Positions 9,771-24,200 of a DNA stretch of 64,000 bases are shown in pieces. This stretch comes from Tubulanus polymorphus (lineage: Eukaryota; Animalia; Nemertea). Within the stretch, counting starts at the first letter, position 1; each line of letters starts with the position of its first letter. Below the pieces are notes generated by a model, which was given only the letters and a program-made list of their open reading frames with translations, was not told where the DNA came from and did not search any database. The position numbers and the translations under genes were made by a program. The stretch covers positions 9,203,222 through 9,267,221 of the forward strand of contig NC_134030.1 in NCBI RefSeq assembly GCF_964204645.1, read 5' to 3'.

Positions 9771-10312
9771 AAGAAAATAAAAGTATCTCAAAGAAAATAA
9801 AAGTATCCTCAGGAAGGGGTATACCCACCGAAAATTTGATGTAAATAAATATTTGTCGAATGACTTTTTGAACTGAATTGACGAACTGCACTGAATCGTA
9901 GCTATTCATCTATTCATATACTTGTATACTCTAAAACTACATGAAAAAATAAAGAAATCGAAATTCATTTTTCAAATTTTACTTTTATTCGTATTTAATG
10001 AAGATACCCGGTATTGTATTGTATAAGAGAAAGCAGGAGACGACGAATAATTAATACTCTGTCCGTCATCTCTCGACCATACAACGGGGCGGCTGCGCAT
10101 ACATTTCATTCATTGTATGTACATGTGTACCCAACAAATCCGAATAAACACAAGCAGAGACGCAAAATACATGTAGCTCGTCGATGACACATCACTGGAT
10201 GAAATATCAACCGACCCCAGCAGGGCGAATATCGGTTTTCGTAGTTCGTCATTTCAAAAGACGGCCATCTTGCAATTTCAGCGACCCTTTTACTCTTTCG
10301 GGACTACGTATA

Positions 10313-10488
10313 CAGTGGATCCTCGTTAATACGTTTCCTGTGGGCAAAAGTGAAATTGTCGTTTTAAACGGGTTTCGTTTTATCTAAAACTTGATTGATA
10401 TAAACATGTTAGAAAGGGGGAAATGCTGGAGATCATCGTAATAAACGGTTTTCATCTCAAACAGAATCGTATTAACAAGGTTCAACTG
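10313..10488. mobile_element. Tc1/mariner-type MITE with TA TSD; second copy at 21917-22089
   Basis: TA|cagtggatcctcgttaatacg...cgtattaacaaggttcaactg|TA; the second copy aligns along its length. Confidence 0.8.
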
Positions 10489-10948
10489 TATAAAGAATAG
10501 ATAGGATCATCGGCTGACTTTTCGTCTGCCGCCGAAACCGAATATTACGCAAAACTGGTCAACATACTAGAATAACGTAAACATGCATCGTCAACGAAGC
10601 ATATATTTCTCGATTGGAGGTAGGGATCGATATTGTAGTATACTCATCGGTCAGTTCGATACTGTAGTTTTCATCGGTCAGTTCGAACCGATTGGGGTTT
10701 TTTTCAATGAGTTAGAACGTTCCTCCAATAAGATTTCTGACCAAAAAACGACGGCATATTCTCCGTACTCATCAATAATAAATACACATAGCTTACATAA
10801 TATAAACGCAAACTAATAGAAATGACCGCTATGTGTACAAATCGCATCATATATGCAGTTTTTGAGACATACATTTAAACAATGAATATATGCATATTCA
10901 ACTGCTTCGATAGTATTTGTTATGGACAAAACTTTATCGGAAAGTTAT

Positions 10949-11238
10949 CAGGGGCGGATCCAGCCTAAAGCTGCTGCCACTTGAGCGGTGCTCATGTTTG
11001 TAGAAGTAATTAAAATGGCCAATTTAAAATTAATTGAAAAGTGGTCTCATTTCTTTCATGAATGATATTTCCTTAAACAGGTCGAAATGACATATTTTGT
11101 GGATGCATAGAAGGATGTATTTGGTGCCTCAAATGTGCTCAGATCGCATTCTCAGAGCCCTAAAAATTCAAAAATTTTCTCGACGTGCCCTTTCACAGCT
11201 TAGCAGTACAGGTACTAAGAAACCTAGATCCGCCCCTG
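10949..11238. mobile_element. MITE with caggggcggatc TIRs; related copy at 49507-49829
   Basis: caggggcggatcca...tagatccgcccctg, flanked by a gttat direct repeat. Confidence 0.75.
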
Positions 11239-14200
11239 GTTATTGATAATAGCAAAAATACTCCTCCTTATGTATTTATGATAAAAGGGAACCCCTACAT
11301 CATTCGAGTTTTCGTACAACAGAGTCACCCAGGAGCCGGCGCATTGGCTCATTGGTTGAACCATTCGCGGGTCGATCTGCTGATGAAAGGGCTATAAGGG
11401 CTTATCATTGGTAAGTAGATTACGTAGACCACAATATAACGTAAGTTGCATCGAGCATGCAAGTAAAACATATATACATACTTTACTAACGTGTGCAACA
11501 TTGAAAGACTCCTTAAAAACTGAAAGTGTCATCGTTTCCTATACATGCGAGTAAAACTAGCATCTCACGCAATTAGACTTCGTCATTCTAAGAACAAACA
11601 TATCGTACCATAATTCCATTATTCTAAAATATATTACATTTTTTACGAAGCGAACATTCAACCGGAACTCATCGCTTTAAGGTACATTATCGACAACGGT
11701 ACATAAGCTAAGCTTTATAAGTATATATATGTATATATATATATATTACGATATAGTTGTATAGTCTTTTAGTCCTAACATATAAATTTGCTTAAATGAT
11801 AAAAACTCGCGCACTCTCTGGAAGCATAATATAACAACATTTCTACCATATAAAAATGTGTATTATGATGTGTTTCATATACGTAGTGATTGATGTTAAC
11901 ATTTCGTATCAAATATTCATTCTTCAATTCTACTCGTAGTTCACTTAAATGTTCTCTATGATCCGATAAACATGATGAAAAATCATAGAAACGAAACAAT
12001 TTTTATGAACGTTTTTCCTAACGTAAAACACCATCAGTGTCTATCGCTATGAAACGATAATTTTCCTTACGAAAATGGACCGAACACACGCACACGAATA
12101 GTACACCAACTCGAATATAGTCGTATATTATCGTAAGCAGATTTACAAGGCCGATGTCAAAATGTCGAATACGTCAAAAATTATCACGAAATCGTCGATT
12201 TCGCATTAGCGTGAAAATACATTTCAGATATACTTTAGGCAACAACATGAGTAAAATACAACACAAGCGGAAATTCAATTGATACGGTAGATTTTGCTCT
12301 ACTCGGTACAACGTACTAATCTCACGTGCCAGACGCTGAACATTTGGACATCGGCATCATGCAAGTCCATGCACCAACTAAGCAAAGCTTGTCTTGAGAC
12401 AAGCTTACGTTGGGCTGCGACACGACGGACCCACACATCTGCAATTATCAGCAACTGGCGAGAATTTATTCCGTCCAACTGTTCGGCATTGCAACCCGAC
12501 TCGACACTAGCGGAATCCTATGAGTTGCCTATGTCCTAGTCGGGTGTATTGCATTCTAGCCAGTCATACATGCGCATATGCATACGACTGTACCGAGTAA
12601 AGCAGAGTCTACTAATATACAAAAGTAGGTTCATCGCGTTACTTTATATATATATGGGGCCCTATACTTGATAACATATAAAGATCGAACGAAGGTCGAT
12701 ATCCACCTAGACCGAGATGTCAGAAAAAATAGACACGAGGAAAATAGAAGCACCAGGCTTTTAAGTTCTACCGTCGAGGAACGAACATTTATCAGTTCAA
12801 TTCCTGTACAAGGTTTTACATGAAGAGACATTAGACGTTTCAATGCATTTAAAAACCTATTTACAATACGTCGTCAGACAAAAAAATCAGAGTCCGGCAC
12901 AGAGTTTATAGAATTACCATTAACATAATTACGTCTTTTGTTTTTACAAAGCCAACAAATCACAATCAATAAATATCTAGTTATCTTTAATTTCATAAAT
13001 ACTATCATTATCTACTGTTATCATTATCATATCTTTGATAAAGATTCCTCACAAATCAAACTAACCGTACCAACAACAACTAATACATCGTGTAACGAAC
13101 CGTAGCGCGACGATTTTGCGACGCAAAATGTTTTTCCGTATAAAAACGATCGATAAAATTCCGTCAAATAATATTACTCTCCGCAAATATACAGTTTTGC
13201 CTTCTCCATCGTAAATAATCGTCATTGTGATAATACATATCATACTGGTCATTTTAATTGCTGAATACTATAAAGACTGAGAGATCAACATTTATATCTT
13301 CCTCTTCTTAACTGGGTTCTCAATAATGATTTGTGCCCATAGATTTTTTGAAGTGATTTCTAATTCATGAGATGAAGGTATAACGATACATTTAGCAAAT
13401 GACTTGTCCTCGTTGGGTAAGATATCTTTGCCTGTATACAGGAAACATTGATGCAATGTTAATTTTACTTTCTTAAATTTGTAATCATAAATGTAGCCTT
13501 TGTGCTTTGCGAGGCCTGCATACGTCATGTTCCGCTTATAAACTATGTTCAAATCCATCATACAAATCAAGACGAGCACCGTAAACTGACCGATTCAGTT
13601 ATGTTTTGAAGATAAAATTCATCAATGAGAACCCAGCTTAGAACGTAGAACAATACTCAATAACAGGATAGCGTTTTGACGTTGGCGGAAGTCAATCGGA
13701 CATCGCATTAGATTCGTAACTAATTCCGAGCTGATTAGACCAGTAGACGACTGGTTAAAGATCACATTGTTAACATTGAGAAAAAATACTGGCTTGCATT
13801 ATCCGTTGAACGGGAACTACACTTAAAAACTAAATACGCCATGACAAAGTTAACACCTGTCATAACGAATCTCTTACCACTGCCCCATTATCAAAACTGG
13901 GACATCTAGTTCTAAAGCTTTCGTAAGTCCAGGCAGGGTATGTGTTTCTATACAGTTCGACAATATGTTACAATCTTCCTACACAGCAGACTTCTGAAGT
14001 TCTTTTAAGTACGTGAGTTTGCCGAACTTTGCAAACCCATCTCTCACGTATACAATTTCAAGAATTATGTTTTATGTATATGTAAGGGTAAGAAGTGGCT
14101 AACGTTTGCCCCCGATGATGTTTTACGTACTTTACGAATGGCCCCCCGAATGTCACGAAATGAAATTCATTGTCGCAATGCGCGCTATGTATCGCTATAA

Positions 14201-15283
14201 GTAGCACCTTGTAGAATTACTAATTATATGATAATAATATATGCGTGTGGCATGATATTGAAAATTATACTACATGTACATATTCTCAACTATGGCGAGT
14301 ATTACGCAAGTGAACATTTCAGTAAAATACGTCGTCGCTGAGCCTCCCCGTTTTTTTTCTTTTGCGAATTAAAACATCTGGCAGTTTGAAAGCGATTAAT
14401 GAAGAGCCACCTGGTGATGTAGATCGAATCATGCATTATATGCGTTGTCTTTTTTTGCGGATGGCGGTGGAAAGCAAGTCTGCAGCAGGCAAGTTTCTGG
14501 TCGTACGGGAAAAAAATTCGAAAACAAACTAGAAAAACGCTGCTGTTAGACAGAAGAAAACTGTAAATTTCTGAACGCCAAAATGCCCCTCGATTAATAC
14601 TGACATATTACTTTCAAACTCTCAGGTGATATATATATATATATTATTTTTCGCTGGCCGGAAATGATAAAAACTTCTTCTTACTGCGGGTTGTACTTTT
14701 TAAGAAGACACATCTAGAAGGTACAATGACGACGGTTTATGGCGAACCACCAGGTTCCTCAAGTTTATGTATTGCATGGGTCAATTTCGAATATTCCACA
14801 ATTGAATAAAGGTACGTTTAGTCGAGCTTACAATCCAACGAGCAACTTTACACCATACAGGCAACTCATGGCTATCGACAGCCTAGAGTTGGTGGGCAGT
14901 TCATAGTAGGCCCCTGGTGTGCATTGGTAACTTGCAGCAACTCGCATTTACCCTATCTATCCCTTGTCAAAACCATTTGTTGCACCTAATGGTTTTAACC
15001 ATGCTATCGTACCTATCCTACAGCAGAAGTAGATAAAGATCGGAACTGATAGCAACAAGTCTTAATATACCGGATATTCTGAAGAATACCTGTCGTAGCC
15101 CGAGCAAGCAAACCTAAGCGTACCTTTAGGTCATTTGTATTTATATTCGCGATGTACATAGGAAAATATCGAAATTTAATCTGGTTGTTGTTATTGATTT
15201 CAACTGTACAAATGATGATGATACGAGTTTTAAACAACATTATCGATACTGCGATGATGATATATTCAGAGTTGTCAATGGCG

Positions 15284-18200
15284 TTATACGGCCGACGACG
15301 TCGACATTCGTCCGCTGTTCGATTGCTGTTGTTGTTGTTGCGGTTGATACTGGTGCGACCGACGCGGGTCCGGCGACGGATTCGCTGTCGAGCTCGCCTG
15401 TGATATGTCTTGATTCGAATGGGCGTCGGCCGTCAGACGATCCCGCGAACGCGACATGGAGCTGTCACGAGATCGCGAACCTTGCTCCGGGCCTGTAAAA
15501 AGTAAACTCGCGGTAAATATTTACGCATAAGATCATGGATACAAGGGCCCAGCACTCAATTCTTCTTTTGCAATAACTAAGACAGAGAATCCTCCTTACT
15601 CGTTACTGTCCAACTCGTTAAACCAATAAAGTAAATGGGATTTACCAAATTCATTTAGAAAACCTTCAATTTCCCCGATTTACAGTTCTGTGAAATACAC
15701 ATGTAACTATTTTCAGTTTACAGTTGATTAAACAATTTCTCTTACCCTATCTATACTAAACAAATTGGACCTAAATCTATATTTGCATGCTAAACTAAAT
15801 TTAAGAATGGAAAGAGTTGGAGGCCATATAAAAATTGAAGACAGTATGGAACTAGGATTTTCATGCATGTCTACTAATCTAAGAGGCACACCTTTTCTAA
15901 CTCTACTGACTCTTTACTAGGAGTATCTGCAAATAATTCAGGTGCATCAAAGTCAAACCAACTTCCTGCTTCGTTTGGGACCTACATGAGTCTCCATCAT
16001 CTAATAGACAACTTCCAGTTGAGCCTTAGAAGACCAGCCTTCTTTAACTGGGTTAAGATTTGACCCAGCTTAGGTTTGAACTGTGAAAGCTGAACCGGAG
16101 GTACTGCCACATTAAAATAGGGATCAACTAATTCAAAAATTCAAAGATATACAGTTGACCTTGCTTAAGTCATCAAATGGTATATTACGCTTTTCAAGGA
16201 ATTACAAATTGTAAAGAAACACACAGATGACTTTAAGCTACATGTAATGTGATATGACTTAGAAAGGTCAATGAAGAAGGAAATTTTGTTCATGTATCAA
16301 ATGGATAATTGAGCTAGGACATTTTGCGATTCCGAGTATAAGCAGAGAGGAGGTTTGACACTGGATCCAGTTCCAAAGTGCGTGTACTTGGTTAACTTGA
16401 CTCCAGAGTTTAGCTCATTTCAGATGTTTTTTACCCATCAGTTCACACAAGACTTAAAGAACTGGATCCCGATGCCTATACGATACTATTGAAATAATCA
16501 ATATAAAGAATATACACCAATCAACACACACCATTCTTTCTACCTGATTTCCGTCGTTTAAACAGTCGTTTCAAGCTGCTGCCAATTGAACGTGATTTCT
16601 GTAGGTTGGAAGTCTGACCAGGAATATCTACATTATCTAAATCTTCTGCAAAAACAAAGAAAAATAACTGAATATAATTTTCCCATTTTACATTCATCAT
16701 CATCATACACAGGTACTGTCCAATTTCTTGAAGATTTATCTCCGAAATTGGCAGTTGATGCATATCCTATAAAAAGGATGCATGTTTAGAATTCAAGTCT
16801 AACGTATTACTGTATAATAGAAAACCGTACATACAGTACAAAATATCAACAAATGAAAAAAATATCAAAATGATTACGGCAAGTGAAATTTGACCCATAG
16901 TGATATTTAAAGTTCAACTTTTAGGAGATTTTGTGAAATTTGACCCGCATTGATATCAAAAGTTCAACTTTTTTGAGAAATTGTACCCACAATGTTTCAA
17001 TATCCAATATGAAGTACTATACATTTCTTGGATATAGGAACTGAAACCAGTTACAACAAATACAATTCAATATCAATTTCATAACACCAGTGTAATTAGT
17101 GGTGATGCCCGTTATTTCTAATACATTGTGATCTTTTGTTAAATCTAAACAGTCATTTAGGTGCATCTACTATGCGCTAAACAAATATATTGATAGTTAA
17201 ATATTTTTGTAAAAAACTGATTTATAAGAATACACAAAGTGATCCGTAAGATGTATCTGAAAAGTAGCAAAGCACTTAAGCCATCCAGCCAGCCACATAT
17301 GCACTTTAGAACCTTGCACAGCAACTACTTTTTAGTATTTACCCAGCTTTTGGATAATAAAGCTATAGCAAGACTGTTAACGCATCATCCTCCCCCGGCA
17401 GGGATTCGAACCTGATGGCATCGAGATTGCCACGGCACGAAACCCTGCCATAATCGACCGTGTGCGCAGATACATGCGCAGTTCAGATGATGTGATTTTT
17501 AGCCAATCAGAAATCCCGTTTTATTTTAGCCCGGGTTTTCCCATTTATAGTTCTTCCTTGAAATTTGCCTCAACGATTATACAACGAGCAATCTGATTAG
17601 TGCCGCCAGTTTTCGTTCGGAAAGCTGCGCATATACCTGCGCACCCGGTCTACTGATGCAGGGGTTCGTGCCGTGGCTGAGTGTAGCGATGCCATCAGGT
17701 TCGAGTCCCGGCAGAGGGAAGATGTTAACGCATGTGCAGCCGGTTTTTTTAGTAGATTTTCCTGCTTTTTCTGATATTGAGTGGGAAGCAGCATGGTAGC
17801 AGTTGGCTGAAACTTTCATGCGTGAAGATGCTATGCTACTCTCTTGATACACAGCGCATAGGACAGAGACAGAGAATACGCTAAAGCAGGGTTTTCAGTA
17901 CCAAAATACGCATTTCATTTAATCGTTGTACACTGGACTTTCCGGCCAATATTGTTCAGAAACAGGTACCTAAGCTGCGAAAGAAGGTGAAATTATGGTG
18001 CTAGATTCATCAGTAACCTTTTACACATACTCCGATACATTGGGATATGACTGGTGTAAAGAACCTTATATAAAGTCAGATTTTTTCACGGCATGCTCTG
18101 GTTCTCATTTACATTCTACCTTTACCTCTTATGTATATTGGTCCATACTTTTGGGTTATAGATTGAACACGTTTGCCTCCACTGTGATAATACGGTGCCG

Positions 18201-21200
18201 CACCCCCTCCCCCAATTGCTGCACGAATATACTCGTAGCTTGGCACTGGAGCTATAACATAGTAAGCCTTTGCTCGCAATTGGCCAATGAGAAACAAGGT
18301 GCAGTTATTCACATTGCCAGCCAATCAGGAACTGTGTCATTCCCGTGTGCCAGATTGAAAATATCAGTAACCGTAAATCAGAAGAATCAGCTACGAATGT
18401 ATTCGTAGTGGCACTGCGGTGACAGAACCGAAAGAACAAGTATATTCTTAGCTGGTCAGCGAACGTGTTAAGGCAGACGTTTAGTTGGTGCCATCAGGTT
18501 TTCATTTAGATTTGGGTAAGTAGAGGATTATTAAGAGAAGTAACTGAAAACCCTGCGACTAAAAATAGAAATCGATGAGCGTGAAGTAATGAATACACAT
18601 AGCACTACAGATAAGTGGTACAGCCCAGAAGTGAGGTGCAATTAAATCAAGAGACACAACACATATGTTATGGTTAAGTTCTAGCTGATTAAATCTGGGC
18701 AGTACCGTGTATAGGTAACAAAGGTACGTTAAATAGTTATCGCTGTTAGAAATTGCTATGAATATTAATTGCGTAATATATGTATATAGAATCAATGACT
18801 TCCATACTTGTCGTCGTCGTTGTGTTAGCCGTCAAATACGATTGGTTAGAAAATGCGGCGCTACTGCACGAACTAATGTCAAAATCGCTGTCGGGGGACG
18901 GGGTCACTATCAAAACGGACAGAAAAAAGAAAAACAAGATACTTATATATAACAGCCATCAGCTACATGTTTTATGTATCTCGCCTTTCACAGAGGTGCT
19001 GCCTGAAAGAAATGTTTTCTTAATGAACCGCAGATTCCTGGCTGCTAGGACCCAATTCCACAGTTGAGACTTAACAAGTTTGCTCAAAAGTTGGTTAGAG
19101 TTAACCAGTGGATAGTTGACATAGTGACAGTTAAAAGTTCATTGTTACAATGAAATTTATTTGCCAGTTATCTAACCAACTTTGAGCAAACGGCCCCAGC
19201 TTTTTTATGATAAATTACACCCCATCATTAGTCAATAAAAACCTATAACATGAAATTGCGCTCCTGACAACCATGAAATTATGCGAATGAAATATTTTGC
19301 AACGTATCCTCTGCGAAAAGTGAGTAATTTTACATTATTTCACTACAAAAGAAAATTTAGTATCGACCCATGCATGAAATGTGCAATTCGACCGTTTACT
19401 GTTTCAATAAGATGCAAAAGAAATATGTCAATAATAAACAATCAAGAAAATGTACTCAAAAAATGTAATGCCGTAATGGATAGCTTTGAAAAGCAAAAAG
19501 GCTATCTGGTCCCGAGTGACTATGAACTTTTCAAAAAATGTTAAAGCCCCTTGAATGTTCGAAGCATATGTTTACGCATATTCGCATTCTTTTTGAGTTT
19601 TCACATTCATGTCAACACCAATCGCCAGAAAGTTTCTTCATACTTTCCTCGGTGTTACTTCGTTGCCTGACATCCGATAGACATGGCTAGTGTCTTCATT
19701 CAAAACAACCACGGCAGCTCAACACAGGGCCAAATTTGTACAAGCGGAAAACATGAATTTCGTGAAACCCTGTGAAAATGGAAACCAGAAACGATTGAAA
19801 ACTTCAAGGGCTTAATTTACTGATGAGAATAATCAACTAATTCATTGTTTTATGTTGATTATTTCTCTTTTTATCTTTGTATCATTGACAATCATGTAAC
19901 TTGATTATGACGAACAAAATACTAGTCACACCCATAGTTCATAACCTCTAAACTTTTGAAAACTACACATTCACGGCGGAAAATACAATTCTTCAATACA
20001 TTACATTAAGTTTGTTTAACAAAATGTGGACTTGTCGCCATTTCGATACCGGTAACGAAAAAGGTTACAGCGTTACAGTGTTCATGCGAAAATATTGCCA
20101 TTGTAACACAAATTCTTAGGTGAAACATCAAGTATAAGTCAGTGAATGTTCCAGTGAGTTACACAGCCACAATATATCTAAACCACAACCCTGATGTTTG
20201 ATATATAGATAATTTTTTTTGTGCATTAGATAAAAGTTCATATTTATTTCCAAAAAAAAACCGATGTGAAATGGTGAATAAGGATTTTCCATATTCAATT
20301 CAAGGCTAGATATCCGCATGTTAGGTATGGACTTAACTATGTGTGCAAAGCACCCATTTCAATTTTCTTGATGCCAATGAAGCCGTTACAATGTTCATTT
20401 ATACCAAGTATTAAGGGGTATTAAGGGCGAGTCGATGTGCACTACATCATCAATATTGGCGTTTCAAAATAACAATTATAATTGTGAGTTTTGGCATTCA
20501 TTTTCTAATCAAATATATTTCATGACTTTTATTCTTATATTTGATAAATCTTTAAAATTTGAGAGGCTGTGCACTACATCATCAATATACCGAGCTAGAC
20601 TTGTTGCAGTTCAATTCAATTCAATTATTGATATACTTGAATCCAAAATATCTTTATTGATCCTAAATATCATATAGTTTATATCATAATATCTATTGTC
20701 AGTATATGTGTTATTTCTCAAGGCATCAATAAACTTTCGAGTTAGTTTCTTTGTTTAGTGGTTGCAAAAACATAGGTTGCGCGAATAAAAAATAAGATAT
20801 TCAAAGCACAGCAACAGGCTCTCTCTTGGGAGGGCTGCCCCTGATATTTGATATCTTAGTCGAGGCCGGTGAAGTTATTCTTTTCACGCTCAGAACGTGT
20901 AGCATGATTAATGTTAATAGCGACATGCGCCACCTAGGTGGTTAAACACACACTAGAATAGAAACAGTCGAACCTTTACTCCGGCGATCTTCACGGTCAG
21001 AAATATGAAAAAAAGACGAAACATTAATGATAACAATTACGACCGAAGCCATTCTATGGGCCAGCAGCAACATATTAGTATATTACAAGGTTCAAATGAT
21101 CTTTTACTTTTTTTGGGCTATCACTGGAATTGTGCATAGGACAGAGAGGAAAAAAAAACAAATACCAATCGACTATGAACTTAGGTCTGCGAGCAGGAAG

Positions 21201-24200
21201 CAACATTACGACAACATATGAACTGACTTTTCGCGGACTGATTCTACGTTTAATTCACGGATAGTAGTAAAAAATCATAGTAAAACGCAACTATCAAAAG
21301 CTTCATGATGATTACATGATTTTATTCACACGTTTCACATCGTTTCAATTGATTTCGACTCGATTCATCCGAGTCCTTTTCAAGAAACAAATACATACAA
21401 AAATAGACATAGTATTATATTACTAATTGCTTAGATTATCATATATCAGACTTATGATAATCTAAGCAATTAGTAATAGAATACTACGTATATGTTTGTA
21501 CCTATTCATTTCTTGGAAAGGACTCGGAAGAATCAAGTCAAAATCGATTGAAACGATGTAAAACATATAAATGAAATTATGTAATGATCATGAATATTTT
21601 GATAGTTGCGTTTCTACTACTATTAAACCTCTTTTAGATACTTTTTCCAAACTATAATATACTAACTTTCGTTTTGTACGAGTACATAACTGAAGCGTGC
21701 ACGAATTACACATCGTCATAGATCAACAAAAAATGAAACAAAAGCATGAAAATGAATGTGGCTTTCCAATACACAAACGACAAAGTATTCAACCTTAGAA
21801 AAAATCTATTTCAAACGATCAGAAACTCTCTATATCAGTGTATAACAAAATTAGAGTTTGTCAACGGATGATAATCAAACAGCGTGTGATTGAAAAATTT
21901 ACTGTTCCAGTTCATACAGTGGAACCTCATTAATACGGATCCTGTGGGCTAAAGTGAAATTGTCATATTAAACAGGTTTCGTATGATCCAAATGTAAATT
22001 GATATGAATATGTTAGCTGGGACATGCTGAAAACCATCGTAATAAACGTGTTTCATCTTTAACAGAATCGTATTAACAAGGTACAATTGTATTTGAATTC
22101 ATATTCTCAACTTTTCCACCTTTCAACATAAAATTAAGCAGCAAATACATTGAGAAATTTCTTTGAATGGTAGGGCCTCGCTTCACAGTAGTGGATCTGA
22201 CTGGAATATTTTTTCTAATGAATTTGTTTCACCCATGTAGGAATCGAATTAAAACTATAAATGAATCTTGGAAAACAATATCGCCTCAAGTAAATTAGTT
22301 CATGTTTTTGTACTATTCGGTGTCTGTATTTCAAGTAAACATACCAGTTGATCTCGAGCCGTACTGATCGGGAGGTCGTAAATGTTGGTCGTCGTGGTAA
22401 CTGGCACGATCGGCACTTTGAGATCGAGGTTTCTTTTGACGGCTGAACCTCTTCCTGAGTGTGCTGGCTATGGACGAAGATCGTTTCGGTTTGTTTGACT
22501 GACGTTCGGCCGCTGAAATTAACGATGAAAATAAACTGTATTCAAAACTATTCTATATAGCAACAACTAACTCCAGCAAGTGCCTGGAGCTGAGATAGAC
22601 ATTGCATACCACTGGAACTAGTGGCAACTGGTATATCAGGTCCGTAGCATGGGGGAGGGGTAAATACTGCGCAGAAACGTTACAACTATTTACTCAGACC
22701 TTCCGTATAACAATGGAAATCGCTCTCAAGAGTTTCCTTGGAGGAGGGCACCAGACCCCGTTCAGTTCCAACCAAGCTAAAAATGAACACACACCCTCTT
22801 AATCCTCACGCTACCGGCCAGTATAGCGCTGAGATTATGAGATATATCGGAACTGCAAGATATCTTATAGTGGTAACTAACTATGAAATATCTCATAGCA
22901 GCAAGTGACTTTGAGATATCTCTCTAAATAAGACGAGAGAAATGTAAGTGAAACAACACTTCCAACCCAGTTCGAGTACCAGTAATTATACTTATAGTAC
23001 ATTGTTCAGCTCGGTTGTCATGGTTTAGTACATGTACCAGCATGCTAATATAATCCAGTACCGGGTAATCAAAATATACTGTACTAGTAAATAATTTTGT
23101 TTTACACGGATTAATAAACTCATAATAAGTTCTACAGCCATGAGAAATCTTCCCATACAATGCTTGTAAGGTTCTGATTCTGTTGATACTCATTAAATTC
23201 ATCACATGGATATAGGAAGAATTTTCTGCAACATTTGTACCACATGCAGTTCATTACACATGAGACCAATCGATGCAATCAATTTCTAATGTAAGTTGTC
23301 CAATTAACATTAACCGGGTATGTCATACCAGAAATTGAATTATATTTTTCTATCTGGTTGCACAAGATGACAATCAAATACATGCACGCGGTTAAGAGTC
23401 CCAAAAACAATGAAAACGAAGGCATGCAAAATGAAACCAAATGGTAAGTTGATTCGAAAGTGGAGTTATTACATGTTGGGTGAAATGACTGGAAGTACGT
23501 GAAGTTTAAAGAGATTAATCTTCAACTTTGAAACTTAAGACAAAACCTGCAAAAAGCCAAGCAAATCAATTTAAAACTTGCTTCATAAATGTCGACTGTC
23601 ATTCCAGTGTCCAAAACTAGCCCGCTGATACGCAGGTGAGACTAGACCCAGTTAATTATCAGCTTAACCCTTTCAGTGCTGACTTATTAATACTTTAAAG
23701 TGCTGGAGATAATTTGAAAATTTTCAAAAATTCCACCCTAGTGTGTTGAATAATGGGAATACCACTATAGTGCGTCTACACCGCGGCGCGGTGTATCGTT
23801 AGTTACTAGTATTTCACTATGTTTGACAGGTGCTGCCATTTTTCAATAGAGATAATTACTAATTACTAATACATCAATACACCGCAGTGCGGTGTACTAG
23901 CAAAATCCATCACCGATTCATACACCACACTGCGGTGTAGACGCACTGAAAGGGTTAATAGTATGAAGGAAAAATGCACCACGTTGCTAAGTAATCTAAC
24001 CTTGCTCACTTGATGTTGATGACAAGCGGCCATCATCCTTGAGTTCTTCTGTTGGAGTACTTTGCGTCATCTAAAAGATATCCGTACATGAATATTCATC
24101 ATAACTTCCCAAACTTTTCGTTTCTGTTCACAGCTACATTTACTTATGGCAACATTTTTGTAATAAATTCAATATCTTTGACACCATTGCATCACATACT

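Noticed and set aside
15540-16100. Possible LINE 3' remnant in the last C2CD2L-like intron
   Set aside because: Only vague motif traces; cannot be supported without a search.
17590-17724. Functional tRNA gene
   Set aside because: Part of a repeated inverted arm with TSDs; no clean cloverleaf, and the copies are diverged.
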